Of a stretch of 64,000 nucleotides of DNA, positions 37,743 to 51,207 are shown in pieces (positions within the stretch are counted from its first letter, which is position 1; each line of letters starts with the position of its first letter). The stretch is from Octopus sinensis (lineage: Eukaryota). The stretch is taken from positions 43,090,001 through 43,154,000 of the forward strand of contig NC_043006.1 in the NCBI RefSeq assembly GCF_006345805.1, read 5' to 3'. The position numbers and the translations under genes were made by a program. The notes under the pieces were generated by a model. That model was given only the letters and a program-made list of their open reading frames with translations, made no database searches and was not told where the DNA came from.

Positions 37743-40485
37743 ATCATCATCATCATCGTTTAGCGTCCGTTTTCCATGCTAGCATGGGTTGGACGGTTCT
37801 ACTGGGGTCTGTGAAGCCAGAAGGCTTCATCAGGCCCAGTCAAATCTGGCAGTGTTTCTACAGCTGGATGCCCTTCCTAACGCCAACCACTCCGTAAGTG
37901 TAGTGGGTGCTTTTTACGTGCCACCCGCACAGGTGCCAGACAGAGCTGGCAAACGGCCACGAACGGATGGAGCTTTTTATGTGCCACCGGCACGAGGGCC
38001 AGGCGAGGCTGGCAATGGACACGAGCGGATGGTGCTTTTTACGTGCCACCGGCACGAGGCCAGTCGGGGCGGCGCTGGCAACGGTCGCGAAACGGAAGGT
38101 TCTCTTACATGCCACCGGCACTGGTAACACATCTGCAATTTCCATTGATTGATTTCGATTCTGATCCTCACTTGCCTCAACAGGTCTTCACAAGTAGAGT
38201 TTTGTGTCCCAAGAAGGGAAGGTATGCATACGTAGGCTGGCTCCATCCCATGTAGAAGGCCACGGGTTATGAACTCACTTGTCCTGCCGGGTCTTCTCGC
38301 ACACAGCACACTTCCAGAGGTCTCGGTCTCTAGTCATTTCCTCAGTGAGACCTAAAGTTCGAAGGTCGTGCTTCACCACCTCGTCCCAGGTTTTCCTGGG
38401 TCTGCCTCTTCCGCAGGTTCCCTCAACCGCTAGGGTGTGGCACTTTTTCACACGACTATCTTCATCCATTCTCGCCACATGACCATACCAGCGCAAACGT
38501 CTCTCTTGCACACCACAACTGATGCTTCTTAGGTCCAGCTTTTCTCTCAAGGTACTTACACTCTGCCAAGTATAAGTACTGACATTACACATCCATCGGA
38601 GCATACTGGCTTCATTTCTTGAGAGCTTACGCATATCCTCAGCAGTCACGGCCCATGTTTCACTGCCATGTAGCATGGCTGTTCGTACACATGCATCATA
38701 CAGTCTGCCTTTCACTCTGTGCGAGAGGCCTTTTGTCACCAGCAAAGGTAAGAGCTCTCTGAACTTTGCCCAAGCTATTCTTACTCTAGCAGTTACACTT
38801 TCAGCACATCCACCCCCGCTGCTGACTTGGTCACCTAGGTAACGGAAACTATCAACTATTTCTAGTTTTTCTCCCTGGAAAGTGACAGAAGTTGGCCTCA
38901 GAGCATTTTCAGTGTTTATTGTTCCTGAGCATCTGCCACATACAAAAACCATCTTCCTAGTTAGCCTTCCTTTGACATTGCTGCACCTCTTATGTGTCCA
39001 TAGCTTACACTTGGTGCATCTTATAGAGTTTCTACCTACACCTTTTCTACAGATCGAGCAGGGCCATCTACCTGAAGGCGTTTGTGATTTGTCTACCTTC
39101 CTACTGATTACGACTTTGGTTTTAGCTAGATTGACTCTGAGGCCCTTCGATTCTAATCCTTGTTTCCACACCTGAAACTTCTCCTCCAGTTCTGATAGCG
39201 ACTCAGCAATTAGAGCAAGGTCATCAGCATAGAGGAGCTCCCAAGGGCATCCTGTCTTGAATTCCTCCGTAATTGCCTGGAGGACTATGATAAATAGGAG
39301 GGGGCTGAGGACTGAGCCTTGGTGGACCCCTACCTCTACCCGGAATTCTTCACTGTACTCGTTGCCAACCCTCACCTTACTAGCAGCGTCCCTATACATT
39401 GCCCGCACAGCTCTCACAAGCCATTCATCTATCCCTAGTTTCCTCATTGACCACCAGATAAGGGATCGGGGGACCCTGTTGAAGGCTTTCTCCATGTCAA
39501 CAAAAGCCAGGTACAGGGGCTTATCTTTGGCTAGGTATTTCTCCTGCAGTTGCCTTACCAGGAATATAGCATCAGTAGTACTTTTCCCTGGCACAAACCC
39601 AAACTGCATCTCATCTAAACTAACTCTCTCTCTAATTAGTTGGGCTATGACCCTCTCCGTAACCTTCATCACCTGATCCAACAGCTTGATACCTCTGTAG
39701 TTATTTGTATCTAGGGCGTCACCTTTACCTTTGTAGCAGTTGACTATTATGCTGCTACACCAGTCATTGGGTATGACTCCTTTGTGTATCACCTGATTAA
39801 CTATACGGGTGACTAGACTATAGCCAACACTACCGGACATTTTGAGCATCTCTGCAGTGATTCCTGATGGGCCTGGGGCTTTCCCTGTCTTCATGCTTCT
39901 AATTGCCTTAGCTACCACGGAACTATCAACTCGGATAGCTGGTCCCTCTGTTGGGTCAACATTCGGCAGACTCTCTTTATCCCATTCATTTTCTTTATTC
40001 AGCAACCTTTCATAGTGGCATCTCCAAACCTCTCTCTTTGCATCCTCATTTAGCGCAAGTGAACCATCTTCCATGCGAACACACTTCTCTCCTACCACAT
40101 CACGATTCTCTCTCACACACTGTCTTGCAACACGAAACACCTCCAGTCTTTGGTCCTCATGGCACAGAACGTTGGCAAATTTTTTCTTATCTGCTTCCCC
40201 TCTGGCTAAATAAACCTGTCTCCTAGCTTCTCTTTTGGCAGTCTGATACAATTCCCGGCTACCCCCATTTTTCCAGACCTTCCAAGCCTGTCTCTTTTCT
40301 CTAATAGCTCTGTCTACAATATTGTTCCACCACCACGTTATTCTAGGTCGAGAGGGGACTTTGCACCAGCCACAGATCTGGTCAGTGGCTCTCAGCAGGT
40401 TGTCCCTTAGAAACGTCCAGTTGTCTTCTACCCCCTGTGATGCTCTATCCCCTTCTACTTCGTTAAAGGCTTCAAGTAATATGTC
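37743..40485 (-). mobile_element. RTE-clade LINE, 5'-truncated
   Basis: RT ORF, 3' UTR with ~60-bp internal repeats, and a (GAT)n tail at ~37743-37757. The 5' end abuts (TA)n and there is no APE endonuclease domain. Confidence 0.93.
38275..40485 (-). CDS. Reverse transcriptase of RTE LINE (open frame ~735 aa, N-terminally truncated; the ORF-track start at 40716 is microsatellite read-through)
   Basis: Motifs [50 protein letters not shown] and RGRPRKTW. Confidence 0.9.
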   Translation of the reverse strand, partial: DILLEAFNEVEGDRASQGVEDNWTFLRDNLLRATDQICGWCKVPSRPRITWWWNNIVDRAIREKRQAWKVWKNGGSRELYQTAKREARRQVYLARGEADKKKFANVLCHEDQRLEVFRVARQCVRENRDVVGEKCVRMEDGSLALNEDAKREVWRCHYERLLNKENEWDKESLPNVDPTEGPAIRVDSSVVAKAIRSMKTGKAPGPSGITAEMLKMSGSVGYSLVTRIVNQVIHKGVIPNDWCSSIIVNCYKGKGDALDTNNYRGIKLLDQVMKVTERVIAQLIRERVSLDEMQFGFVPGKSTTDAIFLVRQLQEKYLAKDKPLYLAFVDMEKAFNRVPRSLIWWSMRKLGIDEWLVRAVRAMYRDAASKVRVGNEYSEEFRVEVGVHQGSVLSPLLFIIVLQAITEEFKTGCPWELLYADDLALIAESLSELEEKFQVWKQGLESKGLRVNLAKTKVVISRKVDKSQTPSGRWPCSICRKGVGRNSIRCTKCKLWTHKRCSNVKGRLTRKMVFVCGRCSGTINTENALRPTSVTFQGEKLEIVDSFRYLGDQVSSGGGCAESVTARVRIAWAKFRELLPLLVTKGLSHRVKGRLYDACVRTAMLHGSETWAVTAEDMRKLSRNEASMLRWMCNVSTYTWQSVSTLREKLDLRSISCGVQERRLRWYGHVARMDEDSRVKKCHTLAVEGTCGRGRPRKTWDEVVKHDLRTLGLTEEMTRDRDLWKCAVCEKTRQDK

Positions 40486-40528
40486 CCTATATATACATAT
40501 ATATATACATATATATATATATAATATA

Positions 40529-40603
<75 letters not shown>

Positions 40604-40714
40604 AATATATATATATGCATATATATATATATATATACAGATATATAAATACATATATATACATATATATACACATAAATATATATATATGCATATATAT
40701 ATATATATATATAC

Positions 40715-40757
<43 letters not shown>

Positions 40758-40849
40758 ATATATATATATATATACATATATACCCCCCCACACACACACA
40801 CATATATATATATATAAGAGATCAAACATACATACACTGCTATATTTTT

Positions 40850-41330
40850 ATATATGAAAAATACAAAAATGGGACAAGAATGCAAAGCATCCAGACAGTT
40901 AGGTGATACAAAAAAGGGACAACAAAACATCCAGATAGACGATACAAAGAAAACAAGGATGGGTAATTCGGAGTTTTCTTTCCTCAGTCAAGTTCCAGAT
41001 TATCTTTGCAATTTCGGCTGGTTATACTCGAGATTGCTCCAATCTGGCCAGCCCCAAGGAAAAACTAAGCTAAGAGCATTAGATTCCTGGGAATTTTTTT
41101 TCGTCTTTGTTTTCATATACATTCACTGCTTTCATCCAAGGAATCTAATACTCTTAGCTTAGTTTTTCCTTGGGGCTGGCCAGATTGGAGCAATCTCGAG
41201 TATAACCAGCCGAAATTGCAAAGATAATCAGGAACTCGACTGAGGAAAGAAAACTCCGAATGACCTGTCTTTGTTTTCTTTGTATCGTCTGCCTGGATGT
41301 TTTGCGTTCTTGTCCCATTTTTGTAATTAT
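40850..41330. repeat. ~190-bp inverted repeat (Penelope-like fold-back relic)
   Basis: ~40910-41090 is the reverse complement of ~41138-41325, with a ~45-bp spacer and TA flanks. Confidence 0.8.
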
Positions 41331-41342
41331 ATATATATATAC

Positions 41343-41373
<31 letters not shown>

Positions 41374-43129
41374 TACATATACACATACATGCACAGTTTA
41401 TTTGCCAACAGAATGTGTTGGTCCTATAAAGGATGGTGGTACTGTTGTTTAAGCCCCAGACTGTATGTCGATAGCCAGCTGGAAAAGATGTTTTCCTGGA
41501 GCTTAAACAACACTAACATCGTCCTTTATAGGACCACCAAATTCTGTTGGCAAATAAACTCTACTATATACATATACATATGTATATGCATGCATATATC
41601 TATATGTGAAACCAGCCAACCCATGCCAGCATGGAAAAGGGGACCGTAAATGATGATGGTGATGATGATGATGAAGGGCTTCCCCCTCAAATTCAACATT
41701 ATCAACCTCAATCAAGACACTGTGAGCCTTAATCTCATTATCGTCAATTGCAATCATGCCATCAGGTGTCTCAATTATGCCAGCTTTAATTTCAATTTTG
41801 TCGTAAACTTTAATTTCATTATTGTCAACTGAAATTTGTTCATTATCCAAAATGGTGAACCAAAGACACAGAACTGGAATTTCAATGAGTAATCGTGTCA
41901 AATTGTGATGACAGTCATACTGTGATTGTAATTGCTTCTGTTTTAGATATTCTTCAAACTATTATTCAAATATACAAACAGGAGGGTTGTATCATACAGA
42001 ACAAGTCTGGGGTTAGAGGGTGGGAGTGGAAACAGGAAAATTCTGGAAGAAATGAGAAACTTTATACAAAATCTAAAGAAACAAAAAATGGTTTTGACAT
42101 TTTAATGTGAAGCTGTCAAAAACAAATGTTGATAAATTCCTTAAAAATCTCTTACACATTCATGAGGTGTAAAGTGATTTCTGAAACTGTTTTAACTGCT
42201 GAGAACATGACACATAGAATAAGCTATGCCAGAGTATTTCAAGATCTTTTGATAGAAATGTTTTTATTGATGATGTTTGGTTCCATACTTGCATAAGATC
42301 TAAAGATTGAACAATTTTGTGTATGAGGACAGTATCCAGATTGTATTTCCAAAATATAGATATGTGTTGTGTTATGGAAGAAAGTGGGAAAAATTTGCTT
42401 TAAATAGAACTAGTGCTTTCAACTCCTGAAGCTTTTATGGTTTTATTGAAGCATTTCTTAACGGGATTGATGAAAAATACTTGAAGAATTGTACACTAAT
42501 TTTGGGCAAGGCTATTTTTCATAACAAAGATGTGTATCAATTAATTATCTCTTGGGTATGACTTTGAATTGCACCTGGAATTAAGGCCTTGGTCTGGGAG
42601 TTTCAGGGTTTTGAGGAGTATGGAATCACTGCTTGCTCACCTTTGTTCCTTAGTCTACTCTGACCTGGCGTAACGACACCTATCAGGATCTCAGTTAGGG
42701 GTTAATTAGCATATTATGGAGGAGACTCCAAGCACAAACATTCATTGGCTTGTGAATGTCTTGGGAAAGGAAAAGGCAAGAAGAACAAACCTTGGCAGCA
42801 AATCAATGAATAAAGACCCTCAGACAGTCTGGTGCCCTCTTTGGCATCCTTCATGCATCTCCAAATATGTGCCAATTGGATAATGTACCAGGTTATCCCA
42901 TAAGTAATGTCTGGATTTTAAAAAAGGCATGGCTGAGTGGTAAGTAGCTTGCTTACCAACCACATGGTTCCGGCTTCATTCCCACTACATGACACCTTGG
43001 GCAAGTATCTTCTACTCTAGCCTCAGGCTGACCAAAGCCTTGTGAGTGGATTTAGTAGACGGAAACTGAAAGAAGCCCGTTGTATATATATATTATATAT
43101 ATGTGTGTGTGTGTGTGTATGTGTGTGTG

Positions 43130-43870
43130 TTTATGCATTTATCGATTTTCTCCCAGCCAAGCTCTTGAATCTTCTGTGATGTGATCTTTGCAGTGTGGGA
43201 TTTAGCATTGTCCTGATGAAACACCACTCCCTTTTGTCCACTAAAGTAGGCCTTTTTTCTTCAAAGCAGTGTTCAAACACTCTAATTACTGACAGTTGAT
43301 TTGAGCTTTAATTGTTGCATTAATTGGTAGCAACTCAAAGTGGATGACTTCTTTGCATGGAGTTTCCTTTTCAGCTGGGGTTGGACCTTTTCCCCTTCAC
43401 CAAGCCAATGTCTACAACGTTTAACATTTTGATAAAAGACCCATTTTTCAGCATCGGTCACAAGTCTGTCAAAAAGGGTGACATGAGTTCACAAGAACAA
43501 AAAGAAGAGCAAATGTCTACTTTGGATTTGTGATTGGCTTTAGACAAATCCTGAGGCACCTATTTTCCAAGTTTTGGGACCTTTCTAGGCTGTTGAAGAT
43601 AGCAGTGAACAGTTGTATGGTTTGAACAATGTTTGCTTGCTAATTCTTCAGCTGAAACTGCATGGTCTATTCCAAGTTCTACCAAAAGGAGCTTGTCATC
43701 TGACTCAGTTGGCTGTCCTGTTCAGGCCTCATCTTCAAGGCTGAAATCTCCACTTCTGAATTTTACAAACTGCAAGTCCTTTCAGTCAGGCACTCTTCTA
43801 CATAAGCTGAGGGTATATTTTGAATCTCTTCATAAAGCATTATGTGCATCAAATGCTCCTTAGACACTTC
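43130..43870 (-). pseudogene. mariner transposase fragment
   Basis: Minus strand encodes VTDAEKWV and FHQDNAKSH motifs with frameshifts. Confidence 0.7.
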
Positions 43871-44759
43871 CGTGTTTGAAGAACTGTAATTAATGAAATT
43901 TCAATTAGATTATCCTGTAAAATGAAATTTAATTATCCTTTTATTCTTTTACTTCTTTCATTCATTTGACTGCGGGCATGCTGGAGCACCGCCTTTAGTT
44001 GAACAAATAGACCCCAGGACTTATTCTTTGTAATCCTAGTACTTATTCTATCGGTCTTTTTAGCCGAACCGCTAAGTTACAGGGGCATAAACACACCAGC
44101 ATCGTTGTCAAGCAATGGTGGGGGACAAACACACACACATATATATACGATGGGCTTCTTTCAGTTTCTGTCCACCAAATCCACTTACAAAGCTTTGGTC
44201 GGCCCGATGCTATAGTAGAGGACACTTGCCCACGGTGCCACGTAGTGAGACTGAACCCAGAACCATGTGGCTGGTAAGCAAGCTACTTACCACACAGCCA
44301 CTCCTGCGCCTTTAATTTAAATATGTCCAAATACATAAAAAAATATTACTTGATGCCATTGGACATTCTAAACTACAGTTAAAGTGTTTACAAATTGAAA
44401 ATACAGACGTCCGAACATTACTTATGGGATGACCCAATAGTTGATTTACACACTTCCTTAAAATTGTTGGCTTAGTGCTAAAATTTGAAACCGTAAAGCT
44501 TATCAGCAATGATGAAGGTGCACAGAAGGTGTAACAAAGATGAGAATAGCCCCTATATTTTCATCACCTACATCCTCTGTTGCTGAGATTTTAAGAGATG
44601 CTATCAGTGTCTAAATAATGGACCATTGGTCTTATTTGAAAACAATGGACATAGGAAGTATAGACAGCAATTGGCAAACTATTGTGATGTAGGCTACAGG
44701 TTTCCAATGAAACAATCATTGGTTCGCTGCAATGTGTGTGTATTTATGTGTATCCTTGT

Positions 44760-47076
44760 CCCTTTAGTGTTCGAACCGGCCGTAACCAGCCAAAATTAAT
44801 TCCCCTTTATTTGTTCAAGCCGGCCGTATGCGAAAGCTCTACAAAATCGCTAAAAAAATGAACAAATCTCGTTATTGAATTCTCGTAGCTTTGAGATAAT
44901 GTGAGATGAAGCCTCTCCCGTCTTTATTCAAGTATAAATACTGTGAAATTGTTTAGACCATAGGGTTTTTTCAACGTTTGAAGAGAAGTGTATACGTTTG
45001 TTGTGAAAGAAATGGCGTCAGCAATTAGCGATTCTGACTTTGAAGGATTTATAATTGATGATATAGAAAATATAAACTAAAACAAAAGTATTTTGTCTTC
45101 GGATGAATCTGATATCGATATCAGTGATTATTAATCGTCGGACGAGGAACATTTTGATAACGAAAGTGATGAAAATGATATCGTAAACATGGCAACATGG
45201 TCAAAAATTACAACACCAAACACTATTTCTGATTTTACAGAAAACAATGGTCCACAACACAATTTACCTCCTGTTGCTCAACCATTAGACTATCTGTTTT
45301 TATTTTTACCAGAAAGTTTTTTTGAAAATGTTGCGGAGGAAACAAACAAATATGCGCAACGTTTAATTTTTTACCAATTTCTGTTCGTGGAAGAAACGAT
45401 CCACTATGGCAGCCAACTAATACTGCGGAAATGAGAGCGTTTTTTTACAATTAATATTATGCTTGTTATTAAACAGCTTCCTTGACTGTGGAACTTATTG
45501 GAGTCCTGATGTAAGGTATGGCGATCCATATATTTTGAGTATAATGTCGAAGACGAGATATTCGAAAATATCTCAGTATTTTCATTTAACTGATTCTGCT
45601 AATACCCCTAATAAAAACGACCCAAACTACGATCCCCTGTACAAAGTACGTCCTGTAATCGATTTACTAGTTAATAATTATAAAACTGTGTATCTACCTG
45701 GGGAAAATCTCAGTGTAAGATGAAGCCATGATAGGCTATAAGGGCAGAGTACATTTTCGGCAGTCCATACCTGCCAAATCTACTAAATGGGGGATCAAGG
45801 TATGGGAAGTTTGTGAATCGGAGACGGGATATTGTTGAAACTTCGATGTTTACACAGGTAAGAAAAATGAGTGGACATTTTACAAATGCAAAAAGAAAAT
45901 TTATTGGTTACTGCTTTTAAAGACAAAAGACAGATTTTATTTCTGTCTTCTAATGAACAACCTGGTGTTGGTGCTGAGGGGAAACCCCTCGTGAATATTT
46001 GTTATAACAAATATATGGGTGGGTTGATAACTCCGACCAATATTGGGCATATTACCCAGGTAGTCGACCTGGGAAGAAATGGTGGAGGTACATTTTGTGG
46101 TTTTTAGTTAATTTAGCTATAGTAAATTTATATATTGTATATGTAAAAAGCCACAAAGTACCTCCGCCACCAAAGGACTACGACCACTTGAAATTTCGGT
46201 TTGACATTGCATTTCAGTTACGTGAGGGTTTTCTTCTAGAAAGAACAGAACTGGCAGAAAACCAAAATTAACTGAAATGGATGTCAACAGAGAAAATATT
46301 GATTTTCATCAAGTCGAAAAAGATAAATGGAAGGAAAAGAGTTTGCAGACTGTGTTCGCTGCAAAAGGATACCCTTCCCCTAACCCTATATCTAAAATAG
46401 ATTGAAATGCAATAGATCGATACTAGGGTCATAATTATGGGTGACAATTTCATATGACACCGCTAGAAAAAACTGCCATTTTCTCTAGCCATGTCATATG
46501 AATTTTTCACCCATAATTATGACCCTAGTATCGATCTATTGCATTTCAATCTATTTTAGATTTAGGGTTAGTTAGGGTTAGAGGTGGGGGAAGGGTATCT
46601 TTTTTTCTTCATAAATGTAAATAAACCCAATCTGTTTCTTAAACGAGGGACATATTCATACGGCACAGAATGTTGTTTACCTAAATGGACGTCAGTGATT
46701 GGTTAAAATTGCCGAAATGCAAGAAATTAAAGACGAAATATATTACAAAATACAGAATTTTCTCAAGAAAGCCAAGAGAAAAATGATGTTTTATAAACAC
46801 ATTCTACCAGTATACGAAGTTTAAAAATTTTTAGTTACCTAGAAATTATGTTAAAAACTGCCGTTCAAACCGAAAAGATCCGAAAGATCAGTTAAAATTA
46901 CGTAATTATAAACCACTGGCATATAAGCACCCATTTACAAAGTTTCAAATCTGTATGTAGAAAATTAACAAAGCTACAAGCAAACATTGTGGACAACCTA
47001 CTTGAACCTGAATAAATCAAAATTAATGTGAACAGATAAGCAACACATTTCACAAATTAATCTGAACACTAAAGGG
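44760..47076 (+). mobile_element. piggyBac DNA transposon, decayed
   Basis: TIRs ccctttagtgttc / gaacactaaaggg. Broken transposase ~45012-46365 with acidic N-terminus, EETNKYA, YW, MSKTRY..I..YFH, DPLYKVRP, YNKYMGG and a Cys-rich end. TTAA TSD degenerate. Confidence 0.85.
46362..46881. mobile_element. Non-autonomous element with TTAGGG repeats and a ~115-bp fold-back, inserted in the piggyBac
   Basis: 46362-46467 is the reverse complement of ~46484-46603. The aaaaactgcc motif occurs at ~46468 and ~46853. The right terminus reads ccgttcaaaccgaaaagatcc. Confidence 0.6.
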
Positions 47077-48171
47077 CTAGACACCATGTGATGATTGTAA
47101 ATGATGATGATGATCATCATCATCATACAAATGATTACCTTGCTTTGAAACAGGTGAGGTTTGACAACAGGAAGAGCATCCAGTTGTAGAAAACCTGTCT
47201 CAACAAATTCCATCTGACCATTGCGAGCATGAAAAAGTAGATATTAAATGATAATGAAGATACATGTGTGTGTATGTGTCTGTGTGCGCGGGTGTTTGTA
47301 TCTCCTTGTTTTGACTTTAGCATGATTGTTGTAAATGAATTCATTCTTTTCCAATATTCTGCAAAAACTTTTTTTTGGCCACTGGGGAAATATTGTCTCG
47401 CATGGCAACGGTTGAGGGTTGGCGACTGGAAGGGCATCCAGCCATGGAAAATCTGCCTCAACAATTTCTGTCTGACCTATGCAAGCATGAAAATGTGGAT
47501 GTTTAATGATGATGAGGAGGAAGGGAGGGGAAGGAGGAGGATGAAAATGATGATGACAATGACAACGATGGCGGCGATGTTGTGATGAATAATTTTGAGA
47601 CGATTTTGGCATTTATTTCTTGCAGGTTTAGTAACATGTAGAGCTTCAATCCCTGGCTCATTTAACATAATGGTTAAATTTATTCCAGTAATTAGTGATA
47701 GTCAGTAAATTTCACAAATGATTCATTAACTTGCAGCTCTGAATTCAGTATTTATTGTCTTGAGAAAAGTCACCATCAATACCCTGGAGTCTTATCCAAG
47801 AGAAAATCTCTTTCATCTGTTTATGACCACAGAAACTGGACGTCAACATTGACCCATTGCACTATAGTGGCCATCGAAAGGAAATGGTACTTCCTTGCCT
47901 CTCTTCAGAGTAATTTCTCCATGGCTTTCTTTCAGGCGGCTAGGGTTTGATTCTCCCAGGATGGGAACGCGAACATAGGTGCAAGTATGTCAGTGTGGTA
48001 AGAAACTTGCCTCCCAACCACATGGTCCTGGGTTCAGTCCCACAGCGTGGCACCTTGGGTGAGTGTCTTCCACTATAGCCCTGGGTCAACCAAATCTTTG
48101 TGAGTGGATTTGGTATAAAGAAACAGAAAGGAGCTTGCCATACATATATATATATGTCATATATGCATATA

Positions 48172-48209
<38 letters not shown>

Positions 48210-49261
48210 GGGAAAATTCACGAAAAAACAAAAGATGAAGACAGGTGGTGTAGAAAACAAACAGATGTATTAGTATAACGCTCAGGAATTGTAAAAGTCT
48301 TTTACGTTTTGAGCCTACGTTCTTCTACAAAAAGAAACAAGGAGAGAAACAATAACACACATATATATATATACTTGCATACATATATATACATATGTAT
48401 ATATATATATATATATATATAAATATACACACACCTGCATACATATAGATATGTGTGTGAGTGTGTATTTATGTATGTGTGTCTTAGTGTTTGTGATTGA
48501 CACCCCACCACCACTACTTGACAACTGGAGATATTTTTAGCATAAAAACATTGATAGAACAAGTTGCATCAGGCTTCGAAATAAGTTCTGGGGTTGATTC
48601 GTTCAACTCGGCCCTTCGATGATGTTCCCCAGCATAGTAACAGTTCCAGTGACTGAAACAATTACAAGATAAAAGACAAAAGAAGATATAGGCAGAAGCA
48701 TAGCTGTGTGGTTAAGAAGTACACAGGTTCAATCCCATTATACAGCACCATGAATAAATATTTTCTATTATAGCCCTAGATGACCAAGGCCTTGGGAATG
48801 CATTTGGAAGATGGATTTTGGTAGACATAATTTTGTGTTTATCAGAGCATGTTCTCACTTCCCGTCTGCATATTATAATTGACCAAGTCACAACAGAAGA
48901 CATTAAAACTGGTCGTTCATGGGAACAACTGTGTGCTAATAATCTCGTTCAATAATTGAATCTTTTGTTTCCTTTTCTTTTCCTTGTTTCAGTTATTTCG
49001 ACTGGAGCACCACCTTGAGGGGGTGTCTTAGTCAAACAAATTGACCCCAGGATTTAAGTTTTTTTAAACCTGGCATTTACTCTTTCGGTCACTTTAGCCA
49101 AACCACAAAGTTAGGGGGACATAAACACACCAACATTGGTTGTCAAATGGTGGTGTGGAACCTGTACACTAGAGGGTGCAGAGTTTTGGGATGCTAGCCT
49201 CTTTCTGACCTGCAGACGAAGTTTAGCAGGCTGTGACTTTGAACTCACTGTCATCCAGTCA

Positions 49262-49655
49262 CAGGGGTGGCTGTGTGGTAAGTAGCTTGCTTACCAACCA
49301 CATGGTTCCGGGTTCATTCCCACTGCGTGGCACCTTGGGCAAGTGTCTTCTACTATAGCCTCAGGCCGACCAAAGCCTTATGAGTGGATTTGGCAGACGG
49401 AAACTGAAAAGAAGCCCGTCGTATATATGTGTGTATATATGTATATGTATATATGTGTGTGTCTGTGTTTGTCCCCCTAACATCGGTTGACAACAATGGT
49501 GGTGTGTTTACGTCCCCGTAACTTAGCACTTTGGCAAAAGAGACCGATAGACTAAGTACTAGGCTTACAAAGAATAAGTCCTGGGGTCAATTTGCTCGAC
49601 TAAAGGTGGTGCTCCAACATGGCTGCAGTTAAATGACTGAAACAAGTAAATGAGT
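49262..49655 (+). mobile_element. tRNA-derived SINE family A (tRNA head, conserved core, internal TA/TG microsatellite, 3' tail); representative full copy
   Basis: A-box tggctgtgtggtaag and B-box ggttcattccc. About 20 copies or halves, e.g. 1156-1320 +, 3565-4255 -, 9370-9790 -, 10348-10500 +, 18100-18475 -, 21930-22092 +, 23636-24070 +, 27471-28000 +, 33580-34010 -, 42925-43080 +, 43940-44311 -, 47975-48680 +, 56320-56720 +, 57975-59580 -. Confidence 0.9.
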
Positions 49656-49744
49656 ATGTTGACAGTTAAAAAGCACTGAGTTATTTGCAGTTTAATGCTA
49701 AGTTGTTTTCATATATAACTTGGCAACAAAGATCTGTGTGTGTG

Positions 49745-50680
49745 TTTAAAAATGTGCAGGCAATACACTCCCTCAAATGCTTGTGGGGATCATTAGAAGT
49801 AGTAGATAGCTTTTGTTACCTAGGAGACCAAATTAGCAGTGGTGGAGGTTGATCTGTAAGTGTAGCTGCTAGAATAAGAATGAGCTGGGCAAACTTCAGA
49901 GAGCTTCTACCTTTGTTGGCAAATAAAGGCCTCCCTCTCTCAGAGTGAAAGACAGATTGTATAATGCCTGTGAACGTACAGCTATGTTACATGGCAGTGA
50001 AACATGGGCTTTGACTACAGAGGACTTGCGAAGGCTTGAAAGAAATGAAGCTAGCCTGTTCTGCTGGATGGGAAATATCAGTGTGCACACATGACAGAAT
50101 GTAAATGATTTAAGAGGAAAACGGGTATAAGAGGCACCTTATGTTGTGTGCAAGAGAGAAGACTGCACCAGTTTGGTCATGTGATGCGTATGGATGAGGA
50201 CAGCTACATAAAGAAGTGCCAATCTCTAATTGTAGAGGGTGCCTGTGAAATGGGTAGACCCAGGAAGATGTGGAACGAGGTGGTGAGAAAAGATCTTTGG
50301 ACGACAGGCCTCAGTGAAGAAATGACAAGGAACCACGAGATGTGGTGATTTGCTGTACTTGATAAGACAAATCAAGCTGAGTAAAATTGCTGTCTTCTAT
50401 ACATACAGGCTTGTCGATTTAGGTGCCAGTGCCACATAAAAAGCACCTGTGCTGGTGCTGCATAAATGCACCCATGCTGGTGACATGTAAAAAGCATCCA
50501 CTACACTCTGTTAAATGGGTGACGTTAGGAAGGGCATCCAGCAGTAGAAACCATGCCACAACAGACAACTGGAGTCTAGACAGCTGACCAGCTCCATGTC
50601 AAACAGCCCAACCCATACTAGCATGGAAAACAGACATTAAATGTTGATGATGATGAGGACGACGACGATGACACTGATGA
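49745..50680 (+). mobile_element. Decayed RTE LINE 3' fragment
   Basis: Diverged copy of the same C-terminus (LEVVDSFCYLGDQISSGG, QERRLHQFGHV, GRPRKMW) with stops and frameshifts, plus a GAT-rich tail. Confidence 0.85.
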
Positions 50681-50681
50681 T

Positions 50682-50879
50682 GATATAACTGAGAAATCCA
50701 TACCTTATGTTAATGGATCAAATAAATGTAGGCTTTGTTTAGCTGAAAGTGTGCAGATCCTGTTCAGATCTAAGATCCCTATGTACCTACTTAACTCTAG
50801 GTCTGAAATTTTCAGTAGTTGCAAGCATATATGTAAATATATTTTGAAGAACTGGAAACCTCTAACTATTCCTGATTAA
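50682..50879 (+). pseudogene. C-terminal fragment of a Penelope-like (probably Naiad-type) GIY-YIG endonuclease region
   Basis: Hand translation DITEKSIPYVNGSNKCRLCLAESVQILFRSKIPMYLLNSRSEIFSSCKHICKYILKNWKPLTIPD* shows the CxLCLxE..LLNxRSE..CxH pattern. Followed by a T-rich UTR, an HHR relic and (TA)n. Confidence 0.7.
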
Positions 50880-51090
50880 CTTGATATCTTTCTTGCCTTA
50901 TGATTTAAGGTCTAAGGAGTATAACTCTTGTATTATTTCTACTTTTATCTTTTACATTTTAGTTTTTTCATTTTCTTTTTCTGTTTCTCATTTTCCATTT
51001 TTTAAACCTTTCATGTTTTCTGTATGCTACCTTCTCAATTCATGTTTCTTCCCTTAGTCAATTGCCTTAGTACATTAGGATATGTGGTTT

Positions 51091-51145
51091 GTGCCTGATG
51101 ATTATGTTTGAGATATTTCTCAACATATAAAACTATTAGTAGCAC
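51091..51145 (+). ncRNA. Hammerhead relic in the 3' UTR of the Penelope-like fragment (G12A)
   Basis: gugc-CUGAUGA-uuauguuugagauauuucucaacauau-AAAA-cuauua GUA-gcac. Confidence 0.6.
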
Positions 51146-51172
51146 TTAGACATGTATTGTATCACTTAAATT

Positions 51173-51207
<35 letters not shown>

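Noticed and set aside
40486-40716. N-terminus of the 813-aa ORF
   Set aside because: It is (TA)n read-through. The real element is 5'-truncated and lacks its endonuclease.
41165-41270. Hammerheads in the 40850-41330 fold-back
   Set aside because: A ggctgg/ccagcc stem with GAAA and a separate CTGAGGA are present, but no complete core plus cleavage site could be assembled.
46560-46582. Interstitial telomere
   Set aside because: Only 2-3 TTAGGG units, internal to a MITE-like element.
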